Assembly: GCA_951406725.2 (NCBI GenBank)
Contig: OX597834.1
Coordinates: forward strand, 40,548,001-40,612,000
Origin: Octopus vulgaris
Taxonomy: Eukaryota
Direction: 5' to 3'
DNA: 64,000 nt
The notes beneath the pieces were generated by a model. It did no database searches. It saw nothing but the letters and a program-made list of their open reading frames with translations, and had not been told where the DNA came from. A program made the translations under genes and the position numbers. Below, piece after piece: positions 19,745-32,741 of the stretch; position 1 is the stretch's first letter, and the number at the start of each line of letters is the position of its first letter.

Positions 19745-20109
19745 CCTCCTTCTTCTCTCCTAGCTCTAACCCCATTTAGCTCTCCTTAAGTCTTCACAAC
19801 TTCTCTCTTCCCCCCGCCCCCCACACTCCTCGTCACCTCCAATTATTGGCCTTCAAACATCAACTAATTTTCTCATTCTCTCTTTCTATCCCTTTATCTC
19901 TCTCTCTCTCACTCTTTCTCTCTCTCTCTCTCTCACTCTTTCTCTCTCTCTTTCTCTAACCCTCTTGCTCGCTCACTCTCTCTCTCTTTATCTTTCGCTC
20001 ATTCTCTCTGTGTATGTGTGTGTGTGTGCATTTGTATGTATGTATACATACGTGTATATACATACATACACACACACACATACACACACACATATATATA
20101 TATATATAT

Positions 20110-20146
<37 letters not shown>

Positions 20147-20175
20147 ATGAAGAAGAAAAAAAAGAAGTGGAGCAA

Positions 20176-20207
<32 letters not shown>

Positions 20208-20230
20208 CGATGATGATGGAGGGGGAGGGG
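15820..20230. repeat. Compound microsatellite / low-complexity block: (TAG)n, (TTG)n, (GAT)n, (CAC)n, (GT)n, (GATA)n, (GGAA)n, (TTC)n, (CT)n
   Basis: Direct inspection; source of many spurious homopolymer ORFs. Confidence 0.95.
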
Positions 20231-20423
20231 GGAGGAGAACGAAGTAAAGAACAAGAGCAAGAACAGAAATGTACCGAGACGAAGGTGATCTTGACACGCT
20301 CCAGAATATTCCAAGGGCGATATTTCACTTGTAGCTCCACTTAATTAACTATCACACGTTCCAACTGAAATTAAATCTTTCGGGTTGCACATTTCTGATG
20401 ACTAATGACTAATGACTAAACGC

Positions 20424-20575
20424 ACATGGCCCACTCGGTTAGAGTGCTGGACTATGAACTGAAAGGTCAGTGGTTCGTACTCCGCCGACGTCGGGTGCAG
20501 AGATTTCAGGTAAAATATATACAACTTCACCTTCTCTGGATAAGTCCACCGAGCTGAAGAATTAGCTGCCATCAG
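20424..20575 (+). mobile_element. tRNA-like SINE head (not a functional tRNA)
   Basis: A-box tggcccactcgg and B-box ggttcgtactcc; no acceptor stem or terminator found. Confidence 0.55.
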
Positions 20576-20615
20576 TGGAATTACAACTGAACATTATTAT
20601 TGATGGAAATTTTTA

Positions 20616-21075
20616 AGGCAGCGAGCTGGCAGAAACGTTAGCACGCCGGACGAAATGCTTAGCGGTATTTCGTCTGCCGTTACGTTCTGAGTTCAAATTC
20701 CACCGAGGTCGACTTTGCCTTTCATCTTTTCGGGGTTGATTAAATAAGTACCAGTTACGCACTGGGTCGATATAATCGACTTAATCCGTTTGTCTGTCCT
20801 TGTTTGTCCCTTCTGTGTTTAGCCCCTGTGGGTAGTAAAGAAATGGGTATTTCTGAGTTCAAATTCCGCCGAGGTCGACTTTGCCTTTCATCCTTTCGAG
20901 GTCGATTAAATAAGTACCAGTTATGCACTGGGGTCGATATAATCGACTTAATCCCTTTGTCTGTCCTTGTTTGTCCTCTCTGTGTTTAGCCTTGTGTGAA
21001 GTAAAGAAATATGTATTTCGTCTGCCGTTACGTTCTGAGTTCAAATTCCGCCAAGGTCGACTTTGCCTTTCATCC
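20616..21075 (+). mobile_element. SINE family A array: full copy plus two headless units, the last fused to a LINE fragment
   Basis: Core gtcgactttgcctttcatc occurs three times; units restart at gtatttc after each tail. Confidence 0.88.
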
Positions 21076-21705
21076 GTCAACCGGTTCTGCCCGAGGTGCG
21101 CTCAGATCGACAAAACCGTTCTGCACGCCCTCGTCCAGTGCCCGAGCATTGCTGACCTGTGGGTTTATGTCGGACAGCTGCTGTCGTGTGTAGGACGGAT
21201 CCGGCTTTCAGCTGAATCCATTGTAAAGATTGCCCAGCCGGCCTCTTTTAACCGGGAGGGGAAGGCAATTTTCATTTGTCTGGTGGGTGTAGCAAAAGAG
21301 GTAGTATGGTGGACTCTTTTGAAAGGGCTAAAGTCAGACACTTTCCTCTTTGGCCAAACCCTCATCAACTTTTTTAAGTTTCTCTTTAAGAGGAAAGTGG
21401 GGGTGGAGAGGAGAGTGTTGTCATTTAACAAGTTTGCTGAAAGGTGGGTGAATATCGGAAGAGTAACCAGAATGAAAGGAACAATTCTGACCATACACCT
21501 GTAAAAAAGAAAGGAAATTAAAGGACTCTCGCCCTGTTGATCAGGCACCCGTGGCTTTTGAGGGGGTTTCCACGAGTATCCTTAAAGTTTTATTTGGTTT
21601 TTCCTTGTTATTTTAATTTACACGTTTTAAAACCTTTTGTATAGTCCTGTCATGTCCTTTAACGTATCTCTATAATTAGCCCTTGTGGCCAATAAAAGAA
21701 TTAAT
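21076..21705 (+). mobile_element. 3' end of a Tx1/L1-clade LINE (ORF2 C-terminus plus 3' UTR), 5'-truncated
   Basis: CPRC..IDKTVLHALVQC zinc knuckle, AKEVVWW..., F..RW ending; related copy at 56490-56897 (-). Confidence 0.8.
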
Positions 21706-21737
21706 TATTTCTTACTCTAGGCACAAGGCCTTTGTAA

Positions 21738-21768
21738 TGGTGATGATGATGACGACGACAACGACGAC

Positions 21769-21800
<32 letters not shown>

Positions 21801-21915
21801 CGATGATGATGATGATGACGATGATGACGACGACGATGATGGTGATGATGACGATGATGATGATGATGATGATGAAGATGATGATGATGATGATGATGAC
21901 GATGATGACGACGAC

Positions 21916-21974
<59 letters not shown>

Positions 21975-21993
21975 CGATGATGACGACGACGAC

Positions 21994-22025
<32 letters not shown>

Positions 22026-22068
22026 CGATGATGACGACAATGATGATGACGACGACGATGATGATGAT
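21738..22068. repeat. (GAT/GAC)n trinucleotide array, ~330 bp
   Basis: Direct inspection. Confidence 0.97.
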
Positions 22069-22807
22069 TAAATTTCTTTGCCACGTGGGTGATGGATAAG
22101 GAGACGTTATGAAAACAAATTACAAAAACGATCGGTTTAGCAATGCGGAATCGATTACGAAAAGAAAAACACAGTCATGCACAACAACAGCAACAACAAC
22201 AACAACAACCACAGCAGCAACAACAGCAGCAGCAGCAGCGGCAGCAGCAGGTATTTTGCGAAGTGAATGAGAACTCTATAGATTCAATGAAGTTCGTTTC
22301 TGTTGATTTAGCTGTCTCGAATATTCTTCAAGTACGGGAGATTGGGATTGTAATAGGTTTTGGGGGATTGGAGAGAGAGAGAGAGAGAGAGAGAAAGGAG
22401 AATAACGTGGGATCGATACCTTGCAGATGGTATTGAACACTTCCTATCAGGAAGGGTCTCATAAGTTCACACACACACACACACACGCACACACACATGA
22501 AAAAATACATACATATACACACACATACATACACACACCGCACTCGAATATACTCGCATATATATATATATATATACACGATGTTTGACATATAGATGTC
22601 GTTGTTTTCTATGTTTCAGTCGTTTGACTACGGCCATGCCGGGGCACCAATTTTTAAAGAATTTTTGTAAAAACTGTCATTTACTCCATCGATCTCTTTG
22701 TGGCAAGCCGCTACGTCACGGGGGGTGGGGAGTTACTCGCCAGCACCGGTTGTCAAGCGGCGGTGACAGACCAACACAGACATAAAAACGCACACATATC
22801 TACCATG

Positions 22808-22850
<43 letters not shown>

Positions 22851-23101
22851 TGCGTACAAGAATGTCTGTCTGTCAGTCTGATTGCGATTATGTAGGCCCT
22901 ACTTCAAGGCATAGTTGGCTTCGAGTTTTCCATGGGAATATCTTATGATTTATGCCAATACTTACAAGTGAGCAAATAAAGCGAACGCTGTTCCTTCACA
23001 ACCGGAAAACAAAAATGAAAGGAAAGAAAGACGTCTTGAAATCTCGATCCCCCGCCTATACCGCTACACCGCCATTTCAACTCTATCACTTACACGACAC
23101 C

Positions 23102-23166
<65 letters not shown>

Positions 23167-23306
23167 AGTATGCATGTATGTATGTGTGTATATATGTATG
23201 TATGTATGCGTATTGATAGATAGATAGATAGATAGATAGATATTTGGTTACGTGTCGCCTTTCACAGTACTTTTTCGTTTTTGAAATATATACATACATA
23301 CATATG

Positions 23307-23337
<31 letters not shown>

Positions 23338-23455
23338 ATATATATATATATATATACACACACATACATATGTAGGTATGTATACATATGTTTATATGTG
23401 TATATAGATTGATGGATAGATAGATACATACATACATATGTAAATATATATATGC

Positions 23456-23512
<57 letters not shown>

Positions 23513-23890
23513 CACATGTATATAAATATCCATATATTTACATATACATACATACAGGTGTGCATGCATTTTATGTATATGTTTATATTTATGTATGTAT
23601 GTATGAATACATGTATGTATGTGTGTGTGTGTGTGTGTATGTACAATATTTGCAATCTCCTTCCATACATCCACTTCAGCCCTTCTTCTCACCCACCCAC
23701 CCGCCCGCCCTCCCACTCCATCTCTCAATCCCTCAATCCTCGCTTTCAGCATGTTTACCCAGGGTTGTTCGCCATTCATATTTTCCACACTCCTACAGCA
23801 AATAAAGTGTCTTTTGAAAGATCCCTGACATGAATAATAAAAACGGCAATGTTAGAGCTCATTGCACGCCAAAACCTTATTAAAAATCGA

Positions 23891-23962
<72 letters not shown>

Positions 23963-23963
23963 C

Positions 23964-23994
<31 letters not shown>

Positions 23995-24237
23995 GTAGAG
24001 AGACGGAAATTTCAGTTTTATAAAATGACGCGGTGATGGCGAGATTCTTTGAGAGAGAGATGACGTGACTTTGTTGGCGGCATTGCTGATTAAAAGGGGA
24101 TTTAAAATATCTTGTAACAAGGAATGGAAAACGTTAGTCAACAGGATGACCAGCAGTCATGGCTTCGACTCTTCTCAGCTCAACAAATTGTAAATTACAT
24201 TCTAGTACGTTATATTACGTTATATTGTTATATTATA

Positions 24238-24627
24238 CTAGCAGTATCGCCGCCCGGCGTTGCTCGGGTTTGTTTCGACCCTTTAGAATTGGAATTTTTG
24301 AAAAGTAAACATTCTGCATTATGTAGCTTGTTATTCTCTTTAAGTGAACATTTTTCTGGTTGAAATACACCGAAAAATGGCGACACAGCAGTCAAAAAAC
24401 CGTAAAAAATAGGGATTTTCATAGAAAAAAAGCACCTTTTTTATTTAAATAATTTTTGGTGTTAACATGGTCCGATTTGAATTTTTCTTCTACAGAATGA
24501 AGAGCGAGCCTTCTTCTATCATACTCTCAAATTTGGTCAACTTGCGCTGCAGGGTCTCGGAGGAGATAGTGTTAGTCGAAGGCTACCAAACCTGCCATAC
24601 AAAGACAACTTCAGCTTTATATACAGA
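24238..24627 (-). mobile_element. Non-autonomous Helitron, same family as 1604-2005
   Basis: CTAG terminus at 24238-24241, hairpin cccggcgttgctcggg, shared body. Confidence 0.85.
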
Positions 24628-24678
24628 GAGAGATTAAAGAAAAGCGGTAGGGAATGAGTGCGTTCCGATTGTGCACTA

Positions 24679-24712
<34 letters not shown>

Positions 24713-24737
24713 GTGGAACAGTGCAGTGGCGTCCATT

Positions 24738-25075
24738 TCTAGGTCTGGTGCCAGCCCCTCCAGTATCTTCCATACACATATCACTGCGTACCCCTGCCGT
24801 TTTCGCTCCAGGGAGTAGAGTCGTAGCTCATTCAGTTTCTCCCAGTAGCTCGGCTGTTCACTTAATGCAATCTTCCCCGTGTAGCATCGCTGAATCGCCT
24901 CAAGTTCTGCTATTATTCCTACAGTGTAGGGCGACCACAGTTGAGGAAAGTAGTCCAGACGGCTGAGGACAAATGTCCTCCATAGGACCAGCATAGTTTC
25001 CTGGTCCCTTGTACTGAAGATTCTCAGAATCCATCCGGCCATTCGCCTGCACACTGCCACTAATCTTGGTGGACA
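24738..25075 (-). mobile_element. CR1-group LINE fragment (C-terminal to RT)
   Basis: [31 protein letters not shown]...LEAIQR...[14 protein letters not shown]. Confidence 0.85.
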
Positions 25076-25079
25076 TGCA

Positions 25080-25111
<32 letters not shown>

Positions 25112-25174
25112 CATACATACACACACACCACACAAATATATATATATATACATACATACATACATATATACATA

Positions 25175-25210
<36 letters not shown>

Positions 25211-25260
25211 TGTATGTATGTATATATACACATACACACATACATACACTCGCACGCTAG

Positions 25261-25296
<36 letters not shown>

Positions 25297-25852
25297 CATA
25301 TATATATAAAAATATACATTTGTGTGTGTGTGTGTACGTGCATACTGTGTGTATATGAACGTGTATGTATGTATATATGTATGTATACATGTATGTATCT
25401 ATGTAATTGACCCACCACCCCTGCCGCCTCCACCAACACCACCACTGCCGCCGCCACCGACTCCTCACCTGGATATAGACAGTTCAATTCATCGATGATC
25501 GAAGATTAAAGTACGATGGCAGACAGACAAAGGGAGAACCCGTTCCGTGTCCAAGGTGTTTATTCTGCCAGTCTGTGTGTCTTCGCTCCGTCTTATTTCC
25601 CGTCAGGCCATTGTGTTTAAATCTAAACATTTTCCAAGCAAGAAGACCGGACAGAACAGTCCGTAATGGATACCTTCATCTAATGGAGCGAACCGTTGGA
25701 CTGCAGCAGAAGATTCCTTATAGCGGAGTGAAAAGCAATCAATCTATGTCAACAAGAAGTCGGGAGCGAACGGGGCGCCTTTCCGCCTTTTCACTCACAT
25801 TTACACGCAACGGACACACGTGTATACACTGTGCTCTGTGTGTGTGTGTCTG

Positions 25853-25919
<67 letters not shown>

Positions 25920-26028
25920 CTATCTATATTCATATTATATTCATATTCATATATATAGATAGATAGATAGATATATGCATATATTTATTTCTTCATATAT
26001 ACATACATATATATATTTATATTCATAT

Positions 26029-26099
<71 letters not shown>

Positions 26100-26165
26100 T
26101 ATAAATACACACACACATACTCACATATATGACTGTGTGTATTATGTGTGCATATATGCATAGAG

Positions 26166-26225
<60 letters not shown>

Positions 26226-26450
26226 TGATTGATTGATTGATTGATAGATGTGTGTATGTATACATACATGTGTGTGTGTGGAGAGAGAGAGAGAGATAGG
26301 TGGGGAGGCGGGAGAAGCAAAAAGATATACTAAAACCAACATAAACGTATACTGATGTATATATAAATACCTACATTCACACACACACACATACACACAC
26401 TTGTTGAACGTTTTCTCTCTCTTCTATTTCCAATTGATTAGTCATAAAAT

Positions 26451-26485
<35 letters not shown>

Positions 26486-28852
26486 AGACCACACCAGACC
26501 ACAAAAGACCAGACCAAGCCAAACATATGCATCAGGGGAAAAGACAGCGTCCACCCGCTGTGGCAATCAGTTTTCAAGCAGACGATAACATAATGTCACA
26601 GATAAAGGAGACGGAGACCAACAATGGCGGATAAAGGAGAAATCCGTAGATACTTCAGCCGGACTATAGTTCGAGAAATATACCTGTAATTGTGGAGGTA
26701 TTTGGTTGATAACTAACTGCCTCAGCACAAATCTTAGACAGCTTCTCTTACCAAAAACAAAATGTATACAATTTGTCAGAAAATTAGTTACAATCAGTGC
26801 CACCTTGGGCAAGTGTCTTCTGCTATAGCCGCAGGCCAACAAAAGCTTTGAGAGTGGATTTGGTAGGCAGAAACTAAAAGAACCCCGTCGTGTTTGTGTG
26901 TGTGTGTGTATTATTATTATTATTATTAATATTATTATTATTAAGTAAGAAAATGGCGCGATTTAATGAATATAAATTATTTTATTAACATTTTTAATAA
27001 GGCCTACAATTGTTTCACTTCACACTCAAAGATTACAAACCCAAAGAATAAAATAAGTTTGCATTTTTGAATATTTAGAATAAAACAGACGACTAATTAG
27101 TCTGCCGGAGAATCTCGGTTGATCAACAAGTAGTTTCTTTTCCAATCACCAAAGTAAGTTGGGACCTGTGAAAGGAAAGCCTGTACATTGCTCAGAACGT
27201 ACGGAACTAAGACAAGTTAAAAATCTGAAAACAAGCATGGACATTCAGGACAAAACTTAGGGAAATGCTTTGGACAAGTTAAAAGGTTGATGGAACGCTC
27301 CATGGTTTCAGGTTTTTAGCAAAAATCCAGCAAATATAGAAGGAGGGCATAAGTCGATTACATCGACTGTAAAAAGTTGGGAGATGGCAATGGTGGTGGT
27401 GGTGGTGGTGGTGGTGGTGGTGGTGGTGGTGGTGGTGGTGGTAGTAGTGGTGTTAGCGATGTTGATGGATGGATGGATGGATGGTGGTGACGTCGGCGGC
27501 AGTAGCTGCAATAACGGTAGTGATATGATAATAATGGAGATAATGATGTGGTGGCGGTGAGGGTGGTGGTGATGTTACTTTTCATCATCGTCGTCGTCGT
27601 CTTTGTTGTCATCATCATCATCATCAACATCATCATCGTCATCATCATCATTATCACCACCATCATCATCATAATCATTATCATCATCGTCATCAGCATC
27701 ATTGTTATCATCACCACCACCATCATCATCGTTGTCGTCGACGCCATCATCATCACCATTATCATCATTACCATCATCATCTTCATCATCATCATCGTCA
27801 TCATCATCATCATCATCATTGCCATCGTCGTCGTCGTCGTCGTCATCATCATCATCGAATAAACGATGTTTTTGCTCCCTGTTTCTGAATTTTTTTTTCT
27901 TTTAAATTTTTTTTTTGAGTTTCAATTCCATTCTTATTCCAACATCTATTCTCCGTTCCGAAGTTTTTCTTCTATTCTTTCTTTTCCTTTTTCTCTTTTT
28001 TCGTCGGAGAATGGTTGGAACCGTTCGGTAATGCTATCCAGCCAGTCTAATGTATCACCCACACCCGCCTCCGCTGCCTCCGCTGTCACCTATCACTTTT
28101 GTTTCTGCTTTATTATCTTGAAGCACTTAACAGATTTTTGCAGACAAACCGGGAACACTTATTTCCCAGGTAGACACGGGAAAAGTAAAACGGGAAGGGA
28201 AAGAGAGAGAGAGAGAGAGTTGTGGGGGAGAGTCTGTTTGTGGAGATGAGGAAAGAAGAAGAGAATGAGAGAGAGAGAGAGAGAGAGAGACGGACAGACA
28301 GACAGACAGACAGAGACAGAATCAGGCAGACAGACAGACAAAGAGGCAAATGCAGAGAGGACGGAGTCCAAATGGGTGTGTGTAGGAGAGTATGAGAGAG
28401 AGAGAGAGGGAGGGAGGGAGAGAAACGGACAGACCGACAGACAGACACATACACACACACACACACACACAGAGAGAGAGAAAGACAGAAGGACAGACAG
28501 AGAGAGTGCAAGCTTGTGTTAATCTAAAGAGAGAGAGAGAGACCAAGATAGAGAGACAGAATGGAAAAAGTCTAAGTGCATGTATGTGTATATGTGTATG
28601 TGTATATGTGTGTATGTGTATATGTGTGTATGTATGTGTGTATATGTGTATGTGTGTATGTGTGTATGTGTGTATGTGTGTATGTGTGTATGTGTGTATG
28701 TGTGTATGTGTGTATGTGTGTATGTGTGTATGTGTGTATGTGTGTATGTGTGTATGTGTGTATGTGTGTATGTGTGTATGTGTGTATGTGTGTATACACG
28801 CATGTATAAGAAGGGAGAGAAAGAAAGAGGAGGGTTTTTAAATGTGTTTGTG

Positions 28853-28887
<35 letters not shown>

Positions 28888-29035
28888 GGAGAGTGGCGGG
28901 AAAAAAATAGAATGTAATTTAAAGAGACTTCAAGACTTCAATTGAACGGGTGGTGGGGAGGGGGCGGGAAGTAAACTAAGTGAATAAAGTGCTTACCCCC
29001 CCCCCCCCTTACACTTTAACAAATGAACAAATGTG

Positions 29036-29091
<56 letters not shown>

Positions 29092-29118
29092 CAAGTAATA
29101 GAAAAGTGAAAAGGATAC

Positions 29119-29166
<48 letters not shown>

Positions 29167-29340
29167 ATATATGTATATATATATATGATGTATGTATATA
29201 TACCTGTGTTTGTGTGTCTGTGTAAAATGTATACAGTACATACACATGTACATATATACAGAGATATATAATATATATATAATTGTATACCTATATATAT
29301 ATATATATATATACATACATATATACATACATATATATAC

Positions 29341-29391
<51 letters not shown>

Positions 29392-29786
29392 CATACATAC
29401 GTATACATACATGCATACGTACATACGTACGTACATACATACATAGAAAAATAGAGGTATATCAAATCGCATAGAAAATAAATTCTTGCTTTATTAAAAT
29501 TATCCCCCCATCTAAAAGACGCATCATAATTTCCAAATGGCAATCAAGACCAGCTCTAATTGAGATGAGGAGATAACCTTAACATCCAATAATCCTCCAA
29601 TCCCGACATGCCACTAGGGAAAAGGACAAGCAGATTGTCTTGAGACATTATATGAGGATAAGAGAAACATAAGCCCGTGACTGTCCTCTTATTTTCACAC
29701 GAATTAATTATAGGAAGATGAGGGGACAGCCACGGGCATATGTTTCTGACTCAATGGGTCTCATTAGCACGACAATTGTTATAAAC

Positions 29787-30037
29787 CAGCAATATACAAC
29801 CTGCTGTCCGCAGGCCGCACCGAGCCCGCGAAGGCATTTTGTGCGGTTCGCGAAGGCATTTTGTGCGGTTGGCGAAGACATTTTGTGCGGTCTGCGAAGG
29901 CATTTTGTGCGGTCCGCGAAGACATTTTGTGCGGTCCGCGAAGACATTTTGTGCGGTCCGCGAAGACATTTTGTGCGGTCCGCGAAGGCATTTTGTTCGA
30001 TCCGTGAAGATATTTTGTGCGGTCCGCGAAGGCATTT
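29787..30037 (+). repeat. 22-bp minisatellite (~9.5 x gcgaag(g/a)cattttgtgcggtcc) following a hAT-like left end (cagcaatatacaacctgc..gcaggccgca)
   Basis: Units abut directly from 29828 to 30037 with no spacers; no right TIR found. Confidence 0.85.
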
Positions 30038-30159
30038 GTTTTGTTTTTGTTTGTTAAAACTCTTTCGTTGTTACTTGCAACTTTTTCAAAGACAAGCCAG
30101 TAATATATTATTTTCTAGAACGTGAAAAAGTCACCATAGTTAAAAGTGATACGAGAAAT

Positions 30160-30371
30160 GCTAAACACAGAGAGGGGACAAACAAGGACAGACAAACGGG
30201 TTAAGTCGATTATATCGATCCCAGTGCGTAACTGGTACTTATTTGATCGACCCCGAAAGGATGAAAGGCAAAGTCGACCTCGGCGGAATTTGAACTCAGA
30301 ACGTAGCGGCAGACGAAACACCGCTAAGCATTTCGCCCGGCGTGCTAACGAGTCTGCCAGCTCGCCGCCTT
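30160..30371 (-). mobile_element. SINE family A copy
   Basis: Reverse complement of the 3401-3627 head, core and tail; CpGs intact. Confidence 0.88.
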
Positions 30372-30401
30372 AATAACAACAACAACAACAACAATCTATG
30401 T

Positions 30402-30688
30402 ATGGAATTTATGAATATTTTAATGAATCGCTACGCGCGTTTCCGCAAGTCACGTGTATCTTACGATCATGGTCCATATTCCTGGAATGATTTACAGAAC
30501 AGGCCGCAGTTATCCAGGGACATCGGGTGGATCGTATTCATACGTTCATTTCTTCGGACGTTATGGTATTAACGTTCGAAGCAATACGGATTGTGTTGCA
30601 AGCGTCCCAGGAATACGGATTATGGTCTTAGGAAACATGTGCTTAGCGGAAACATGTAGCGGTGCATTAAAATATTTATAAATTCCAT
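30402..30688. mobile_element. Foldback/MITE-like element with ~100-bp imperfect inverted arms
   Basis: atggaatttatgaatattttaatgaatcgctac... pairs with ...gtagcggtgcattaaaatatttataaattccat. Confidence 0.75.
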
Positions 30689-30785
30689 CCGTGGACTGAA
30701 CTCGGAACGATGTGGTTGACAAGCAAGCTTCTTACCACAAGGCCACGCCTGCGCCAATGTACACACACATTAAGCATATATAAAC

Positions 30786-30942
30786 GCGTGTGGCTGTGTG
30801 GTAAGTAGCTTGTCTACCAACCGCATGGTTCCGGGTTCAGTCCCACTGCGTGGCACCTTGGGTAAGTGTCTTCTACTATAGCCTCGGGCCGACCAAACCC
30901 TTGTGAGTGGATTTGGTAGATGGAAACTGAAAGAAGCCCGTC

Positions 30943-30997
<55 letters not shown>

Positions 30998-31196
30998 TGT
31001 GTGTGTGTTTGTCCCCTAGCATTGCTTGACAACCGATGCTGGTGTGTTTATGTCCCCGTCACTTAGCGGTTCGGCACAAGAGACCGATAGAATAAGTACT
31101 GGGCTTACAAAAGAATAAGTCCCGGGGTCGAGTTTGCTCGATTAAAGGCGGTGCTCCAGCATGGTCGCAGTCAAATGACTGAAACAAGTAAGAGAG
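30786..31196 (+). mobile_element. tRNA-derived SINE family B (CORE-like caccttggg(c/t)aagtgtctt) with internal (TA)n/(TG)n; many other copies, e.g. 3258-3950, 4060-4440(-), 13605-13990(-), 51950-52280, 59540-59975(-)
   Basis: A-box tggctgtgtgg, B-box gggttcagtccc, conserved 3' half aacttagcggttcggc...ccagcatgg.cgcagtcaaatgactgaaacaag. CORE/OR2 affinity is from memory. Confidence 0.85.
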
Positions 31197-31956
31197 TATA
31201 TATGTATATATACACACACACACACACACACTCAAACACACACACGCACGCCCGCACGCACACACGCATCTGTGTGTTATTCATTCGTACAACCATCCTC
31301 ATGAATAGTTACTATTTACATGGAAACAATAAATTGTCAGAGACGAGATTATCTGCTGAGGCAGCATCGAATTATTAAAAGCCTGAAATGCATAATAAAC
31401 TACGTAAAAATAACGTTTGTAATTTAATTTTACGTGCGTGTGTGTGTTTGCGTGTGTGCAGTAGAGTTCACGAGCGTAGTGATCAAAGGGAAATAACTTG
31501 TACGTGTCTCCATTTAATCACTTTGAAATTTCTGGGTTCTGTCCCTTGCTAGTTTTTATAGCAGACACACAGACGAACGGACAGAGACAGACTGACGTTG
31601 ACGACACTCATTCACATTTATTAAATGATGCCCCAGCATGGCCACAGTCTAATGAATAAAACGAGTAAAAATTTAAAAAATAAGACTGCATGAGACAATA
31701 AAATATAAGAATATAGACAGGCTTTTATTCTTCTTTCTTTCGTTTTTATTCTTTTTTCTTTTGTTTTTATTTTTCTTTCTTTTGTTTTATTCTTCTTTCG
31801 TTCTTTTTTTTGCTTTTATTCTTTCTTTCGATCTTATTCATCTTTCTTTCTTTCTTTTTTTCTTTTGTTCTTATTGTTCTTTCTTTCGTTCTTATTCTTC
31901 AACTTCAAGTCTTAACAGAAATAAACTTTGGATTTCTTTGCGCTATATCCCTAAGG

Positions 31957-32148
31957 CAGCGTTTTCCAAACTGTGGACCCCGACCTTTTCAGTGGGTCGC
32001 GAGATAAATAAAATGGGTCTCGACAAAATAAAAGGGAAAAGAAAAAAAAACGCAAGCGGACGCTGAGGGCAGAAAATAAATCAGCGTTTTTCAAGCAGTG
32101 GGTCCTGACCCTTCAGTGGGTCGTGACAAAAAAGTCTGAAAAACGCTG
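31957..32148. mobile_element. hAT-type MITE
   Basis: TIRs cagcgttttccaaact / agtctgaaaaacgctg; 8-bp TSD-like ccctaagg / tcctaaga. Confidence 0.8.
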
Positions 32149-32741
32149 TCCTAAGATATTACTGGTTAATCCAGGACAATTCGCTTTAATCTTCTCTCTC
32201 TCTCTCTCTCTCTCTCTTCCACTCTTGTTTTCTTTCTCCCTCTCACTCTTTCTCATCTCCCCTTCTCCCCCTCATCATTCTCTCACTCCCTCTCCCTCTC
32301 TGTTCCTCTCTTTCATGTTCTTTCTCTCTTTATCTGTCTTTAAATCTCTCTCCTTCACACCCTCTCCCCTTCCTCATTCTCTTTCTGTTCTCACTTTCTT
32401 TCTTCTCCCTTTCACAACCTTCCTCTCTCTCCACCTCTCCCTCCCTCCCTCTCTCTTCTCCCTTTCACAAACTCTCTCTCTCTCTCTCTCTCTCCTCCTC
32501 CTCCTCTCCAAACCCTTATTTCAGTAAATCCCAACCTGTCATCATTGTGACACCTTTTCTTGTTACTGCCACAGTTGACATCGCTGCTGTTGTCGTTGTT
32601 GTTGTTGCTGTTATTCCCACTGTTGTTGTTGATGCTACTGTCATCATTATATCTACTACAATTGCTACTACTGCTGCTGCTACTGCTGCTGTTGTTGTTG
32701 TTGTTCTTCTTCTTCTTCTTCTTCTTCTTGCAGCCAAACCC

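Noticed and set aside
20923-21504. 193-aa ORF as a host gene
   Set aside because: Chimera of SINE sequence and a LINE ORF2 C-terminus
29828-30037. Regular 22-bp repeats resembling a CRISPR array
   Set aside because: No spacers, no cas genes, eukaryotic context
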